DNA of 64,000 nucleotides from Parasitella parasitica NRRL 2501 (taxonomy: Eukaryota; Fungi; Mucoromycota). Under the pieces are notes generated by a model. That model was not told the DNA's origin and did no database searches. It was given only the letters and a program-made list of their open reading frames with translations. Numbering within the stretch: position 1 is the stretch's first letter; every line of letters starts with the position of its first letter. Positions 62,997-64,000 of this stretch are shown here, piece after piece. Location: the NCBI GenBank assembly GCA_025201805.1, contig MU619359.1:32397-96396 (forward strand), given 5' to 3'. A program made the position numbers and the translations under genes.

Positions 62997-63296
62997 NNNN
63001 NNNNNNNNNNNNNNNNNNNNNNNNNNNNNNNNNNNNNNNNNNNNNNNNNNNNNNNNNNNNNNNNNNNNNNNNNNNNNNNNNNNNNNNNNNNNNNNNNNNN
63101 NNNNNNNNNNNNNNNNNNNNNNNNNNNNNNNNNNNNNNNNNNNNNNNNNNNNNNNNNNNNNNNNNNNNNNNNNNNNNNNNNNNNNNNNNNNNNNNNNNNN
63201 NNNNNNNNNNNNNNNNNNNNNNNNNNNNNNNNNNNNNNNNNNNNNNNNNNNNNNNNNNNNNNNNNNNNNNNNNNNNNNNNNNNNNNNNNNNNNNNN
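62997..63296. other. Assembly gap (N run)
   Basis: N characters. Confidence 1.
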
Positions 63297-63396
63297 TCGT
63301 TAACCTTTGGTTTTTTTATTATCTTTTTGATCCAACAATCTTTAGTTTTCGTATCTCGTTAACCTTTGGTTTTTTTATTATCTTTTTGATCCAACA
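63297..63396. repeat. 59-bp-period tandem duplication abutting the gap
   Basis: tcgttaacctttggtttttttattatctttttgatccaaca at 63297 and 63356. Confidence 0.85.
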
Positions 63397-63544
63397 GAAT
63401 GGAACGATAGATCGTATCTATTATCCATGAACATGTCATGTTGAGTTATAAATAAGGAACATGATCCATTGGGATATGTTCCTGAATTGTGTTCAGGATT
63501 GAGTTTACTTGAGTTTGACTTCCGGTTGGGAAATTGACACATCA
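63396..63544 (-). repeat. Dispersed repeat copy (inverted relative to 34724-34872)
   Basis: 149-bp near-identical reverse complement. Confidence 0.9.
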
Positions 63545-64000
63545 ATAGCCATCCTAACACGGCCAACCAATGTTACGCAAATCTCCATCAATGGTGAAAG
63601 CATTCAGCATAATTTGCTTCTCCTGAAAACCTAAAAATTAAACAACGACAAATTAACGCAATGACTCTCGGATCAATGCTTCATCCATGGGAACTGATAT
63701 ACAACAATTCAAATCCTATAAATACTAATATGCTTTTCTCTAGATAAAACCTCAGTATACTTTTATAATAAAGAACCCCAAACTTGATTATAATTTTAAT
63801 TTCATATCGCTTTTATTTTTTATATTTTTTTTATTTCGTAAATCTTTCAAATTTACTGCAATTCATATCAAAACAATTCTCAAGGACTACGGGAATGTAT
63901 GTGATCAAAATATTGACGTGTAGGAAGTAGTATAAATGTTATGGATATTATTTGGTTCCGTCTATTGTGTATGTGCTTAACCATAATACAGTTACTCTTG

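Overview
AT-rich, gene-dense eukaryotic DNA with short (~50-65 nt) spliceosomal introns. The gene content (CotH, WNK kinase, carotenoid-oxygenase family, TE types) points to a Mucorales fungus (inferred, not proven). About 27 protein-coding genes can be supported: PrxQ/BCP, CAF40/RCD1, WNK kinase, an orphan 7TM receptor-like protein, CotH, PAM16, VAMP7, a GH17 glucanase, RSM24, a carotenoid-cleavage-oxygenase-like protein, two GNATs, ATP17, RTC4-like, Ras, UTP7, SDH2, Atos/DUF4210, an Arf-like fusion, PP2C, VAM7, TBP, SLC35F, SIN1 and several hypotheticals. A nested mobile-element block at 27.8-30.6 kb has 226-bp inverted repeats enclosing a nuclease-like pseudogene, a LINE 3' remnant and a Helitron 3' end, followed by a 20-bp minisatellite. 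There are also dispersed repeats and three assembly gaps. The most striking items are: an intact CCO/RPE65-family gene with three of four iron-ligand His changed to Asn (probable pseudoenzyme), packed head-to-tail behind two GNATs; the inverted-repeat element; a WNK kinase with a SAM-like tail; an orphan GPCR-like gene; Ras and UTP7 stop codons only 3 bp apart; a candidate in-frame cassette exon in the long TBP intron; and GC-AG introns. All family assignments come from motif recognition by eye; no searches were run.
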